Positions 7,984 to 17,231 of a stretch of 43,055 nucleotides of DNA are shown piece after piece. A model generated the notes under the pieces. It was given only the letters and a program-made list of their open reading frames with translations. It was not told where the DNA came from and did no database searches. A program made the position numbers and the translations under genes. Position 1 is the first letter of the stretch. Every line of letters begins with the position of its first letter. The stretch is from assembly GCA_934693215.1 (NCBI GenBank), contig CAKUVB010000001.1, forward strand, positions 1 to 43,055. The letters run 5' to 3'. The stretch comes from an uncultured Candidatus Melainabacteria bacterium (GTDB taxonomy: Bacteria > Cyanobacteriota > Vampirovibrionia > Gastranaerophilales > Gastranaerophilaceae).

Positions 7984-8055
7984 TCACTCTTTTTCAAACC
8001 GTTCTTTTATTGGACATTCTTCATCTACCCAAATAAAAGTTATTTGAGTTGGCAT
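7984..8055 (-). pseudogene. truncated/frameshifted second copy of the 51-aa small ORF
   Basis: Only MPTQITFIWVDEECPIKERFEKE remains in frame. A 1-nt deletion in the A/T run upstream introduces TAA, and the N-terminal part and SD are missing. Confidence 0.25.
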
Positions 8056-8166
8056 AGAAAACGGATTTATTTTTGATACGATTTTATCAAATTTGTTTAT
8101 TTTTTATTCAATGTTTTAAAAAAGTTTTCAAAAACAAATTTAACCACATCGACTAGGTTTGATATT
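7987..8166. repeat. right copy of direct repeat flanking the EF-hand gene
   Basis: See the left copy. It ends 18 nt upstream of the thiL ATG. Confidence 0.85.
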
Positions 8167-8183
8167 TCTGATAAAATTTCTTT

Positions 8184-9107
8184 ATGAATGAAATTAATCT
8201 TATAAATAAAATAAAAAATACACTAAAATCTCAATATATTGGAGATGATTGTGCATATTTAAAAGATTTGGGAATCGTTATTTCGCAAGATAGTCTTGTA
8301 GAAGATGTCCATTTTAGCAAACACATGATGAGTCCTTATCAAATAGGATATAAATCTGTAATGGTTAATTTGAGTGATATAGCTGCTTCAGGAGCAAAAC
8401 CGGCATATCTTACGGTTGCACTTTCTTTACCAAAACAAATCAAAGACGATGCTGTTATTGATTTTTATGAAGGTGCAAAATATGCTCTAGAAAATTTAGA
8501 TGTAGAGATAGTTGGCGGAGATATTACAGGGTCTGATAAATTGTATATTTCTATTTCTGTTATTGGGAAAACATTGAATAGAAAAATATCATCAAGAAGT
8601 CACGCAAAAATCGGACACAAAATTATTACAAGTGGAGTTCATGGTTCTAGTGCAGCAGGGCTAAGAATTCTACAAAATGATTTAGAACCTGATAAAGATT
8701 TGATAAAAGCTCATTTGATGCCTGTTGCTCAGATAGATTTTGCAAAACAAATCTCGGAACAAATACAAGAAGATTATGCAATGATGGATACATCAGACGG
8801 GCTGTTTGATGCCTTGTTCAAAATAGGTTCAGCGAGTGAATGTACAATGTCTGTTGATTTTGAACGAATATTATATGACCCAAAAATTAAAGAATATTTT
8901 TCTGATTATAAAGACCTTATTTTATTCGGTGGCGAAGATTATCAAATAGTTGCAACTGTTCCTGTAGAACTTTTACCAAGCCTTAAAAATTATATAATCA
9001 TTGGCGAAGTATTACCTAAAGAAGATTGTGTAATAAAACTGAATACTGATAACAAAGTCGAAAAATTCAATGATTTAAGCAACAAGTGTTTTAATCATTT
9101 TGGTTAA
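8184..9107 (+). CDS. thiL: thiamine-monophosphate kinase
   Basis: AIR-synthase-related fold motifs: GDDCAYL, LVEDVHF, MVNLSDIAASGAKPAYLTVAL, GGDIT, MDTSDGL. Confidence 0.85.
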   Translation: MNEINLINKIKNTLKSQYIGDDCAYLKDLGIVISQDSLVEDVHFSKHMMSPYQIGYKSVMVNLSDIAASGAKPAYLTVALSLPKQIKDDAVIDFYEGAKYALENLDVEIVGGDITGSDKLYISISVIGKTLNRKISSRSHAKIGHKIITSGVHGSSAAGLRILQNDLEPDKDLIKAHLMPVAQIDFAKQISEQIQEDYAMMDTSDGLFDALFKIGSASECTMSVDFERILYDPKIKEYFSDYKDLILFGGEDYQIVATVPVELLPSLKNYIIIGEVLPKEDCVIKLNTDNKVEKFNDLSNKCFNHFG

Positions 9108-9244
9108 GTTTTTCTTGAATTTGTCTAGAATAAAAAATATCAATTAGTCATTCCGTACTCTGATACGGAATCTGTCAGTTTGATGTCTTAATGATAATCA
9201 ATTTCGTAAGTAGGTGAAAACAAAGTGCCACATTAATCCCCTAG

Positions 9245-9979
9245 CTATTTTACAATCAAAGCATTGACTTTTTTCCTATCCGTTATTGTTTCGTCAAAAC
9301 TTCGTTGCAATTCTGCTTCTGTATTCACATTATACAACTTGCCACTTGTAACATTTGCAGTGCATTTCAACTGATCTAAATCATCTATATTATCAATATT
9401 TATTGCAATAACATCAATTTTTACATCTTTACGAGTTTTTATTAAATTCATTACATATTCACAAGGGCTTTCGTCACAATTTTCACCACCATCTGTTACT
9501 AAAATAATATGTTTTGGAGATTCATTCTGTGGGAAATCTTTTTCTATCGTTTCTTTTAGAGAATACGTTATAGGTGTCATACCTCTTGGACGATATTTAG
9601 CAATTTTTTCTAAAATAATATCTCTATTATATTTATTAATCCCTTCTGCCATAGTTGTAGCTTTGCACGCATCAAAACTTGTCAAGCCCCAACGATGACC
9701 ATAAACTCTTACTCCAACAGGAGTTTCATCAGGAATTTGTGTTATTAAATTTTGAAAACACCTTTTTAGAATAGAATATTTACTTTCACCATTTATTCGC
9801 ATATTCATACTATTTGAATAGTCCAAAATAAATACAGTCGGAATATTTCCATTCCCCTGTGAAAGGTTGGTTCTATAATCATATACTCGATATCCTTCTT
9901 GAGCCATACAAACAAGCGAAAAGAAGATAAAACAAATTAATACAAATCTCATACTGGGATTATAGATTTTCAAGCTCAA
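9245..9979 (-). CDS. secreted von Willebrand factor type A (vWA) domain protein
   Basis: Signal-peptide-like MRFVLICFIFFSLVCMAQE. MIDAS motif DYSNSM (DxSxS), later LVTDGGEN. The start could be M1 (9979) or M10 (9952). Confidence 0.8.
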   Translation of the reverse strand: MSLKIYNPSMRFVLICFIFFSLVCMAQEGYRVYDYRTNLSQGNGNIPTVFILDYSNSMNMRINGESKYSILKRCFQNLITQIPDETPVGVRVYGHRWGLTSFDACKATTMAEGINKYNRDIILEKIAKYRPRGMTPITYSLKETIEKDFPQNESPKHIILVTDGGENCDESPCEYVMNLIKTRKDVKIDVIAINIDNIDDLDQLKCTANVTSGKLYNVNTEAELQRSFDETITDRKKVNALIVK

Positions 9980-10055
9980 AAGTTATTCTCTATTTGACGA
10001 ATATTCTCGCTTGAAATATCATTATCATGATTGCCAATATTATTAAGGATAAATT

Positions 10056-11303
10056 ATGAAACCAGAAACAGAACAAAAATTTAAACAAGCAGAACAAATA
10101 TTGAAACCTCAATTTGATTATATTGAAGAAATAAGAGATTTTAACCAAGAAAAAGTTTTAAACGCTTTTATAGACAATAAAGTATCACCAGAACATTTTT
10201 ATACTGTATCAGGATACGGACACGATGATATGGGTAAAGAAACTCTTGATAATGTTTTTGCTCAAGTATTTTCTGCAGAAAAAGCGATTGTTCGTAACCA
10301 TTTTGTTTCAGGTACACATTCGATTGCTTGTGCATTGTTTGGAAATTTACACTATGGCGACAAACTTGTTTCTGTTACAGGAACGCCTTATGATACCATG
10401 CTTGAGGTTATTGGCAAGGTTGAAGGCAGAGAAGAAATTCGTCCTGAATCTTTGATGGGTCATGGTGTTTTGTATGATGAAGTTCCATTAAAAGAGGACG
10501 GTACTGTTGATTTTGAAGGAATAGAAAACAAAATTGATGAAACAGTAACAATGGTAGAAATTCAACGTTCAAGAGGATATTCACTAAGACCTTCGATAAA
10601 TATTGATACCATAGAAAAAATCTGTAAAATTGTAAAATCAAAGAACCCTAATTGTATTTGTTTTGTTGACAATTGCTATGGTGAATTTGTTGAAAAGAAA
10701 GAACCACTTGAAGTTGGTGCTGATTTGATAGCTGGTTCTTTGATAAAAAATCCGGGGGGCGGAATTGTTGAAACAGGTGGATATATTGCAGGTAAGGAGC
10801 AATATGTTGAACAATCTGCAATGCGTTTGACTGCTCCGGGGATAGGCTCAGAAGGTGGTGCAATGCTAAACCAATTAAGACTAATTTTTCAAGGACTATT
10901 TATGGCTCCGTCAGTTGTTGCAGATGCAGTTAAAGGGGCTGTTTTGGCGGCAAAAGTGTTTGAAGATATTGGGTATGTTTCGACTCCAAAATACAACGAA
11001 CATAGAACAGATTTAATTCAGACAATCGCATTTGGCAAACCTGAACCATTGGAAGCATTTTGTCGAACAATTCAAAAATTATCACCAGTAAATTCTCATG
11101 TTACTCCTATCCCTGATGAAGTTCCCGGATACGAGGATAAACTTATTATGGCGGGAGGAACATTTATTGAAGGCTCTACGATTGAACTTTCTGCCGACGG
11201 CCCTATGCGAAAACCTTATGCCGTATATATGCAAGGTGGATTGACATATTCTCATGTTAAATGTGTTTTAAAGCATATATTTGAAGAAGTTAATAACAAA
11301 TAA
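10056..11303 (+). CDS. YnbB / 'aluminium resistance' family PLP-dependent enzyme (Met gamma-lyase-like)
   Basis: The N-terminal pattern NQEKVLNAF...SGYGHDDMGKETLDNVFAQVF.AEKAIVR..FVSGTHSI matches my memory of this family. Confidence 0.75.
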   Translation: MKPETEQKFKQAEQILKPQFDYIEEIRDFNQEKVLNAFIDNKVSPEHFYTVSGYGHDDMGKETLDNVFAQVFSAEKAIVRNHFVSGTHSIACALFGNLHYGDKLVSVTGTPYDTMLEVIGKVEGREEIRPESLMGHGVLYDEVPLKEDGTVDFEGIENKIDETVTMVEIQRSRGYSLRPSINIDTIEKICKIVKSKNPNCICFVDNCYGEFVEKKEPLEVGADLIAGSLIKNPGGGIVETGGYIAGKEQYVEQSAMRLTAPGIGSEGGAMLNQLRLIFQGLFMAPSVVADAVKGAVLAAKVFEDIGYVSTPKYNEHRTDLIQTIAFGKPEPLEAFCRTIQKLSPVNSHVTPIPDEVPGYEDKLIMAGGTFIEGSTIELSADGPMRKPYAVYMQGGLTYSHVKCVLKHIFEEVNNK

Positions 11304-11331
11304 CAAATAACTATACAAACTCAACATTTTT

Positions 11332-11340
11332 TGCTATAAT
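11332..11340 (+). promoter_or_regulatory. extended -10 promoter element TGCTATAAT
   Basis: TGnTATAAT lies 22-34 nt upstream of the two candidate nupC start codons. Confidence 0.4.
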
Positions 11341-11361
11341 TCACTCACAGTCTTTATATCA

Positions 11362-12648
11362 ATGGAGAAAATTATGAGTAGATTATTTGGTGTTTTGGGT
11401 ATTATTTTTATTTTGGCAATAGCTTATTTGATGTCAAATAATCGAAAGAAAATAAACTTTAAAACAGTAGGAATTGGTTTCTTACTTCAAGTTTCACTTG
11501 CAGTATTTATTTTCAAAGTTCCATTAGGACAAAAAATGTTTTTAGGCATTGGTGTTTTAATACAAAAAATTCTTGATTTTGCGTTTCAAGGTGGAGAATT
11601 CGTTTTTGGGGCATTGTTAAACTTCAAATTATTCGATACGGTTTTCGGTGCAGGTCATAGAATTTTTGCATTACAGTTAGTTGCATCTTGTATTTTTATG
11701 ATGATATTAGTAAATATTCTTTATTATTACGGAATAATGCAACGTATTGTATTAGTTTTGGGTAAAGCGATGAACAAATTAATGAAGGTTTCTGGGGCAG
11801 AAGCTCTTTGTTCTGTTGCAAACTCTTTTGTAGGACAAATTGTTGCTCAGATTATGATTAAACCTTATTTGGAAGCTTTAACTCGTTCTGAATTATTGGC
11901 TTGTATGGCCGGTAGTATGGCTTGTATTTCTGGTGCTATGATGCCTATTTATATTGGTATGGGAATTCCTGCACAATACATTCTTGCATCATCAATCATG
12001 GCAGCTCCGGGAGTTTTGGTTATTACAAAAATGATGTATCCTGAAGATAGAGTTCCTGAAACTGGTGAAAACATCAAATTATCTACAGAAAAAACTCACG
12101 TTAATTTAATTGATTCAATTGCATCAGGTGCGAGCGAAGGTATGCAAGTTGCTATTAACGTTACAGCAATGCTAATTGCTCTTGTTGCACTTGTTTCTAT
12201 GATTGATTTCACTCTTGGATACTTCGGTTCTATGATTTACAAAACATTCCATATGCAAGGTGCATTTTTAGGATTAGATTTACAACATCTTTCATTAAAA
12301 ATGATTTTAGGTAAATTCTTTGCAATATTTGCATTCCTAATGGGAGTTCCTCATCAAGATATTACAACTGTTAGTCAATTGATGGGTACAAAAGTTATTT
12401 TAAACGAAATGGTTGCGTATATTGATTTGTCATCAATGAAAGACGTTATGACACCAAAAGGATTTTTGATTGCAAGTTTTGCGTTATGTAGTTTTGGTAA
12501 CGTAGGTTCTATCGCAACTCAATTAGGTGGTATCGGTGAATTAGCACCTAACCAGAGAAGAAACCTTGCAGAACTTGGAGTTAAAGCTCTTATTTGCGGT
12601 ACATTAACTTGTTTTATGTCTGCAACAATTGCGGGTATTTTATTCTAA
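11362..12648 (+). CDS. nupC: NupC-family concentrative nucleoside transporter
   Basis: Polytopic membrane protein with the family-typical N-terminus (LFGVLGIIFILAIAYLMSNNRKKINFKTVG) and length. An alternative start at ATG 11374 has GGAG 6 nt upstream. Confidence 0.85.
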   Translation: MEKIMSRLFGVLGIIFILAIAYLMSNNRKKINFKTVGIGFLLQVSLAVFIFKVPLGQKMFLGIGVLIQKILDFAFQGGEFVFGALLNFKLFDTVFGAGHRIFALQLVASCIFMMILVNILYYYGIMQRIVLVLGKAMNKLMKVSGAEALCSVANSFVGQIVAQIMIKPYLEALTRSELLACMAGSMACISGAMMPIYIGMGIPAQYILASSIMAAPGVLVITKMMYPEDRVPETGENIKLSTEKTHVNLIDSIASGASEGMQVAINVTAMLIALVALVSMIDFTLGYFGSMIYKTFHMQGAFLGLDLQHLSLKMILGKFFAIFAFLMGVPHQDITTVSQLMGTKVILNEMVAYIDLSSMKDVMTPKGFLIASFALCSFGNVGSIATQLGGIGELAPNQRRNLAELGVKALICGTLTCFMSATIAGILF

Positions 12649-12670
12649 ATAATAAAATATAAAATATTTA

Positions 12671-12844
12671 TTAAAATTCGGAATGAAGATTTTGATTACT
12701 TATGTTATTAAAAATTTTCATTCCGTTTTCAATTTGGTTTCTTGCAAGTTCAATATAATTATTGGATTCATTAGCTTGCGATAAATAAATATACCCTTGA
12801 TGAAATTCATTATTTAATTGCTGATATAATGTTGAACTACTCAT
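12671..12844 (-). CDS. possible small ORF, 57 aa (MSSSTLYQQLNNEFHQGYIYLSQANESNNYIELARNQIENGMKIFNNISNQNLHSEF)
   Basis: Hand-translated. Its ATG overlaps the dfx stop (ATGAGTAG). A 57-codon open frame is uncommon in DNA this AT-rich. Its 3' end runs into the terminator hairpin. Confidence 0.3.
   Translation of the reverse strand: MSSSTLYQQLNNEFHQGYIYLSQANESNNYIELARNQIENGMKIFNNISNQNLHSEF
12679..12725. terminator. bidirectional hairpin between convergent nupC and dfx units
   Basis: 15-bp stem with one mismatch (CGGAATGAAGATTTT / AAAATTTTCATTCCG), a 17-nt loop and T-rich flanks on both strands. Confidence 0.45.
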
Positions 12845-13232
12845 TTATTTCACCTTCATATAGCCCATGAACATTACAATATGAAACTGCTTTTTTGATA
12901 TTATAAACACCATCAAGTACCATTTCTACTTTATCATTTGGATAGAAAAATTTTATATAAACATTATTGTTTTCACCATCTTCTGCTCTTAAAAATACAA
13001 TATAATGTTTTTCTTCCATAGAGTGGTTTGACATACGGATAATTGTTCCATTGTCTGTATGTTCAATTTCAGGAGTATGTTTTTCTGCGACTGTTTTTTC
13101 GCTTTCATGGTTTAGTGGTTTTAATAACTCCATATCTTCACCACAACAAACAAGTATTCCTGATTCAGGTACAAGAACTTCTGTAATATTTCCACAAACA
13201 TTACATTTATAAATCTCTAGCTTTTTAGTCAT
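12837..13232 (-). CDS. dfx: desulfoferrodoxin (class I superoxide reductase)
   Basis: N-terminal desulforedoxin motif YKCNVCGNITEVL...LVCCGEDM. C-terminal neelaredoxin-type ligands (KHTPEI ... YCNVHGL). Confidence 0.85.
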   Translation of the reverse strand: MTKKLEIYKCNVCGNITEVLVPESGILVCCGEDMELLKPLNHESEKTVAEKHTPEIEHTDNGTIIRMSNHSMEEKHYIVFLRAEDGENNNVYIKFFYPNDKVEMVLDGVYNIKKAVSYCNVHGLYEGEINE

Positions 13233-13257
13233 AATATACTCCTTTTTATAATTGGTT

Positions 13258-13287
13258 ATAATAATTTTTTATTTATTCAATTATTAT
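13258..13287. promoter_or_regulatory. 9-bp inverted repeat ATAATAATT-N12-AATTATTAT in the dfx / Cys-cluster-gene divergent promoter region
   Basis: Perfect inverted repeat seen by eye with a Fur/PerR-box-like composition. AT-rich palindromes also arise easily by chance. Confidence 0.25.
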
Positions 13288-13342
13288 CTGTCTAAACTCA
13301 AATATCATTGCCGTACAGGGTAATTTATGCTATTCTGTGAGT

Positions 13343-14050
13343 ATGGTTGATTTGAACACACAATACGAAGAAATGGAAGCTAATTATAAAGAAATCTTTA
13401 TAGAAGCCGCAGAAATGATTCGTGCAGCTATTGATAAGTTTAAACCTGATTATAGTTGTAAATCGTGTCGTATAAATTGTAATATTCAAAATGTTGATAT
13501 TTTTGCAGAGTTCCCTGGAGGTTGCCCTTATTATAATTGGCAAATGCAAGCTTTGACATATTTAACCACAACTTATGCTGAAAAATTAAAAAAAGCAAAA
13601 GCAAAAATTATGGAAGGCAAGGAAAAATGTAAATGCAATATGTGTGGAGCTTGTTGCAAACTTGCAGTTAGTGAATATTCATACACTCAACTTAAACAAA
13701 GAGCTATGCGTGGAGATAGATTCGCTAAAATGTTTACAAGTGTGTTTGTTCCTTACGAATCCGAAGAAGCTGCAGAAAAAGCTGCACCTGAATATTTTGA
13801 ATTATCTAGTCAACTTTTAGACCCAAATGAACGAGTGTATTTTTATTATTGTCCAAAATTGACACCTGATAATAAATGTTCTGATTACGAAAATAGACCG
13901 TTAATTTGCAAGGATTTTCCAATTACACCTCTAAAATTACTTCCGTCAACGTGCGGATACCTACCTTGGAGAACCGGTGCAAATAAACTCGCAATGTCTA
14001 TTAAAGCACGAGAAGATATTATTGCTTTTTATAAACAAAAATTAGGATAA
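13343..14050 (+). CDS. YkgJ-family cysteine-cluster protein (UPF0153-like)
   Basis: CKCNMCGACCKL (CxCxxCxxCC) plus a second cluster CPKL...CSDYENRPLICKDFP. The start is either ATG 13343 or GTG 13337. Confidence 0.7.
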   Translation: MVDLNTQYEEMEANYKEIFIEAAEMIRAAIDKFKPDYSCKSCRINCNIQNVDIFAEFPGGCPYYNWQMQALTYLTTTYAEKLKKAKAKIMEGKEKCKCNMCGACCKLAVSEYSYTQLKQRAMRGDRFAKMFTSVFVPYESEEAAEKAAPEYFELSSQLLDPNERVYFYYCPKLTPDNKCSDYENRPLICKDFPITPLKLLPSTCGYLPWRTGANKLAMSIKAREDIIAFYKQKLG

Positions 14051-14058
14051 AATTCAAC

Positions 14059-15096
14059 TTACGAAATTTTTATAAGGAACGTGTATCCCAAAAATATTAC
14101 CTTTTTATAATACATGCCGGCAGATGTATGAGTATGTACAGAAAAAATTGTTTCTAAAAAAGACTGCTTTTTATTTTCTACAACTTGTTCAAATTTAGTA
14201 TATTCTGAATCGGATAAATTATTTCTGAATAATCGTTTGATTGATTTAGCAATAAGTAAGTACTCAGAAGATAAAGCTTTTATTTTATACGATTCAAATT
14301 CTTTTTTGTATTCCTCTAGTTTATTTGATTTTATTAAAATATCTTCAATTAGTTTTAGATTTGCATTTATTGAATTCAAATTAATATTAAACTCTGTAGG
14401 TTTATCAGTCGGGTTAGAATATGAACCCACACGTTTAACATAATGATAAAAGTTTTTCTTTATATAACAAAGTTTTTTAGCATTCAAAAAACATTCCAAA
14501 CAAAAATAAAAATCTTCTGTTCCAACATCAAAATATTTAATATTATTTTCTCGAATAAAAGATGTTAAATATAGCTTGTTAATTGAATTGGCACGTATAT
14601 AAAAAATATTATTTTTTATATCTTTTGGCGAATAATTAAACCCAAATAAAATTTTTAATTGTGTTAAAAATTTATATTTATGCAATTTTAGTTTTTTAAC
14701 ACTTTTTTTATCAAATTTAAAATCTCTATGCTCAACAATATCACATTCTACGATTTCTGCATTATTTTTCTTTGCTTTGTGATACATAACATCTAACGTG
14801 TTATTGTCAATCCAATCATCAGGGTCCATCATATAAATATATTCCCCAAGAGCATTTTCAATACCAACATTACGAGCTGCACTTACTCCGGAATTTTCTT
14901 GAGAAATTACCTTTATCCTTGAATCTTTTTCTTTATAACTTTCTAAAATTTTTAAAGAATCATCAGTAGAACCATCATTTATACAAATTATTTCTATATC
15001 AGAAAATGTTTGTGCTATCAAAGAATCTAAACCTTTTTCAAGATATTTATCAACATTATAAATCGGCACTATGACTGATATTTTTGGATTTGACAT
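14059..15096 (-). CDS. family 2 glycosyltransferase
   Basis: ISVIVPIYNVDKYLEKGLDSLIAQTFSDIEIICINDGSTDDS is the classic GT2 N-terminus. A DPDD-type motif (MMDPDDW) is present. Confidence 0.85.
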   Translation of the reverse strand: MSNPKISVIVPIYNVDKYLEKGLDSLIAQTFSDIEIICINDGSTDDSLKILESYKEKDSRIKVISQENSGVSAARNVGIENALGEYIYMMDPDDWIDNNTLDVMYHKAKKNNAEIVECDIVEHRDFKFDKKSVKKLKLHKYKFLTQLKILFGFNYSPKDIKNNIFYIRANSINKLYLTSFIRENNIKYFDVGTEDFYFCLECFLNAKKLCYIKKNFYHYVKRVGSYSNPTDKPTEFNINLNSINANLKLIEDILIKSNKLEEYKKEFESYKIKALSSEYLLIAKSIKRLFRNNLSDSEYTKFEQVVENKKQSFLETIFSVHTHTSAGMYYKKVIFLGYTFLIKIS

Positions 15097-15261
15097 TTTA
15101 ACCTCGCAATTTGTATAAATAAATTATTACATAAATCTTACAAAATTCCAAAATATAAACATACAAAATACGACATCTACATTTTATTCAAGACATTATA
15201 TTATTTTTTCAATAACATAGCTCTTACTTTCTAAGAAAATGCGATTTTTTAGACTAACTCA

Positions 15262-15270
15262 TGATATAAT
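15262..15270 (+). promoter_or_regulatory. extended -10 promoter element TGATATAAT
   Basis: TGnTATAAT lies 39 nt upstream of the phosphohexomutase ATG, which has an AAGGA SD. Confidence 0.4.
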
Positions 15271-15308
15271 TTTGTCTGTAAACACGTTATGAGAGTTAAG
15301 GATACAAA

Positions 15309-16682
15309 ATGACAGATATTAAATTTGGTACAGACGGTTGGAGAGCTGTTGTAGGAAAAGATTTTACAGAAGAAAACGTAATAAAAGTTACAAATGCTAT
15401 TGGAAAATATGTTTTTGATAAATACGGTATTAATAAAAAAATTATCGTTGGATACGACCCTCGCAATATGGCTGATGTATTTTCAAAAAAATGTGCAGAA
15501 ATATTAGCAGATAAAGGATTTAATGTTTTTTACTCAGAACGTGTTATTCCAACTCCTGTTCTAGCTTTTTGTGCAAAAGATAGAAATGCCTGTGCAATTA
15601 TGTTTACTGCATCTCATAACCCACCTGAATATTTAGGTATAAAATTTATCCCTGATTATGCTGGGCCTGCAACTCAAGAAATTACAGATAAGTTGGTAGA
15701 AAATCTAGACAAGGATTTTGTAACAGAAAAACCTTCTAAAAAAATTAATATTGAAAATTTTGAAGAAGAATATTATCAACACATCGAACAATTAATAGAT
15801 TTTGATATGATAAAAGACCTTGATACTACAATAATTTTTGACGGTCTGTATGCTGCAAGCATAGGTTATTTTGATAAATTATTAGATAGACATGGCATAA
15901 AATACGAAAGTTTACACATGCACCACGACCCTAATTTTGGTGGTGGTATGCCTGAGCCTAAACCTAAATTCTTAACAAAATTGATAGAACGAGTTAAATC
16001 AAACGGTAATGCCGTAGGGTTTGCAAATGATGGCGATTCTGACAGATTTGGAGTTATTAATGAAAAAGGCGAATACGTTACTCCTAACGAAATTATAGCT
16101 ATTTTATTATTACACTTGGCTGGTGAAAAAAATATGGAAGGTTGTTTAGTAAAAACAGTCGGTGCAAGTTTGTTGCTAAACAAAGTTGCAGATTTGCTAA
16201 ATGTTCCTGTTGTTGAAACTGCCGTTGGATTCAAACACGTTGGACAAGCGATGAGAGATAATGATTGCATAATAGGTGGCGAAGAATCAGGGGGCTTAAG
16301 TATAAAAGGTCATATCCCTGAAAAAGACGGAATTCTAGCTAATTTGTTAGTTTTAGAAGCAATGGCATACTCTGGTAAATCACTCGTTGATTTACAAAAA
16401 GAAATTAAAGCTCTTGCAGGCTGTTCTTTTGTGAACGATAGAATTGACTTAAAACTAGAAAGCAGAGATAAAATCAAACCGGTTTTGGATACTGTTGCGA
16501 CTTTGAGTGATAACAAAAATCTTATAGACGGAGTTAAGGTTTACTTTGGTGATTCAAGCTGGGTACTTGCAAGACCTTCCGGTACAGAGCCACTTTTAAG
16601 AATTTATTTTGAAAGTGATACAGAAGAAAACTTGAAAAAATTAGAAAAAGATATTATGTCAAAAATTGATGATATAATATAA
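15309..16682 (+). CDS. alpha-D-phosphohexomutase (phosphoglucomutase/phosphomannomutase)
   Basis: Active-site loop TASHNPPEYLG, metal loop GFANDGDSDR, sugar loop GGEESGG and phosphate loop RPSGTEP. Confidence 0.9.
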   Translation: MTDIKFGTDGWRAVVGKDFTEENVIKVTNAIGKYVFDKYGINKKIIVGYDPRNMADVFSKKCAEILADKGFNVFYSERVIPTPVLAFCAKDRNACAIMFTASHNPPEYLGIKFIPDYAGPATQEITDKLVENLDKDFVTEKPSKKINIENFEEEYYQHIEQLIDFDMIKDLDTTIIFDGLYAASIGYFDKLLDRHGIKYESLHMHHDPNFGGGMPEPKPKFLTKLIERVKSNGNAVGFANDGDSDRFGVINEKGEYVTPNEIIAILLLHLAGEKNMEGCLVKTVGASLLLNKVADLLNVPVVETAVGFKHVGQAMRDNDCIIGGEESGGLSIKGHIPEKDGILANLLVLEAMAYSGKSLVDLQKEIKALAGCSFVNDRIDLKLESRDKIKPVLDTVATLSDNKNLIDGVKVYFGDSSWVLARPSGTEPLLRIYFESDTEENLKKLEKDIMSKIDDII

Positions 16683-16716
16683 TAACAAACAAAAACACGA
16701 AGAAGGAATATAAATT

Positions 16717-17223
16717 ATGATAGAAATGAAAGTTATGGGTATAGCATTGGATACAAGAACAGGTTCTCCAATCGTAGTTTTGCACGATTTAGAAAATCGT
16801 AAGGCTCTACCTATTTGGATTGGTTCAGCTGAAGCTAGTGCAATTATTAGAAAAATAGAAAAACTTTCTGTTGCTCGTCCTATGACTCATGATTTGATTA
16901 TTTCTATTGTGGATAAAACAGGTTATAAACTAGACCGAATCGAAATTAATGATGTTGAAAAAGAAACATACTATGCAACATTATTTTTAACAAAAGGTGA
17001 TGATGTAATAGAAATAGATTCACGTCCATCTGATGCTATTGCTGTAGCAATGAGAGCTGAAGCACCAATATTTGTAACTGCAAATGTTTTGATGAACGGT
17101 TCTGTATCAACAGATTCTGCACGAGATGAAGAAGAAGCAGAAGAATTCAAAGATTTTATCCAAAGCGTAAAACCTTCTGACTTTGAAAAACTTATTGATA
17201 AACATAGAGAATCTGATCAGTAA
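16717..17223 (+). CDS. bifunctional nuclease (BFN/DUF151) family protein
   Basis: PIVVLHD...LPIWIGSAEASAI...RPMTHDL...RPSDAIAVA matches the family pattern. Acidic C-terminal tail. Confidence 0.75.
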   Translation: MIEMKVMGIALDTRTGSPIVVLHDLENRKALPIWIGSAEASAIIRKIEKLSVARPMTHDLIISIVDKTGYKLDRIEINDVEKETYYATLFLTKGDDVIEIDSRPSDAIAVAMRAEAPIFVTANVLMNGSVSTDSARDEEEAEEFKDFIQSVKPSDFEKLIDKHRESDQ

Positions 17224-17231
17224 ACATTACC

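Noticed and set aside
7043-8166. Direct repeats as ends of an IS element or transposon
   Set aside because: No transposase or integrase is present, the repeats are direct rather than inverted, and they are far longer than target-site duplications. The observation is kept as a finding, but not as a mobile element.
15866-16270. 134-aa minus-strand ORF inside the phosphohexomutase gene. Similar antisense ORFs lie in clpC (33011-33328, 33617-33871), dnaJ (27366-27948), exbB (135-509) and elsewhere.
   Set aside because: Each overlaps a gene with unmistakable family motifs on the other strand and shows no motifs or RBS of its own. They are typical shadow ORFs.
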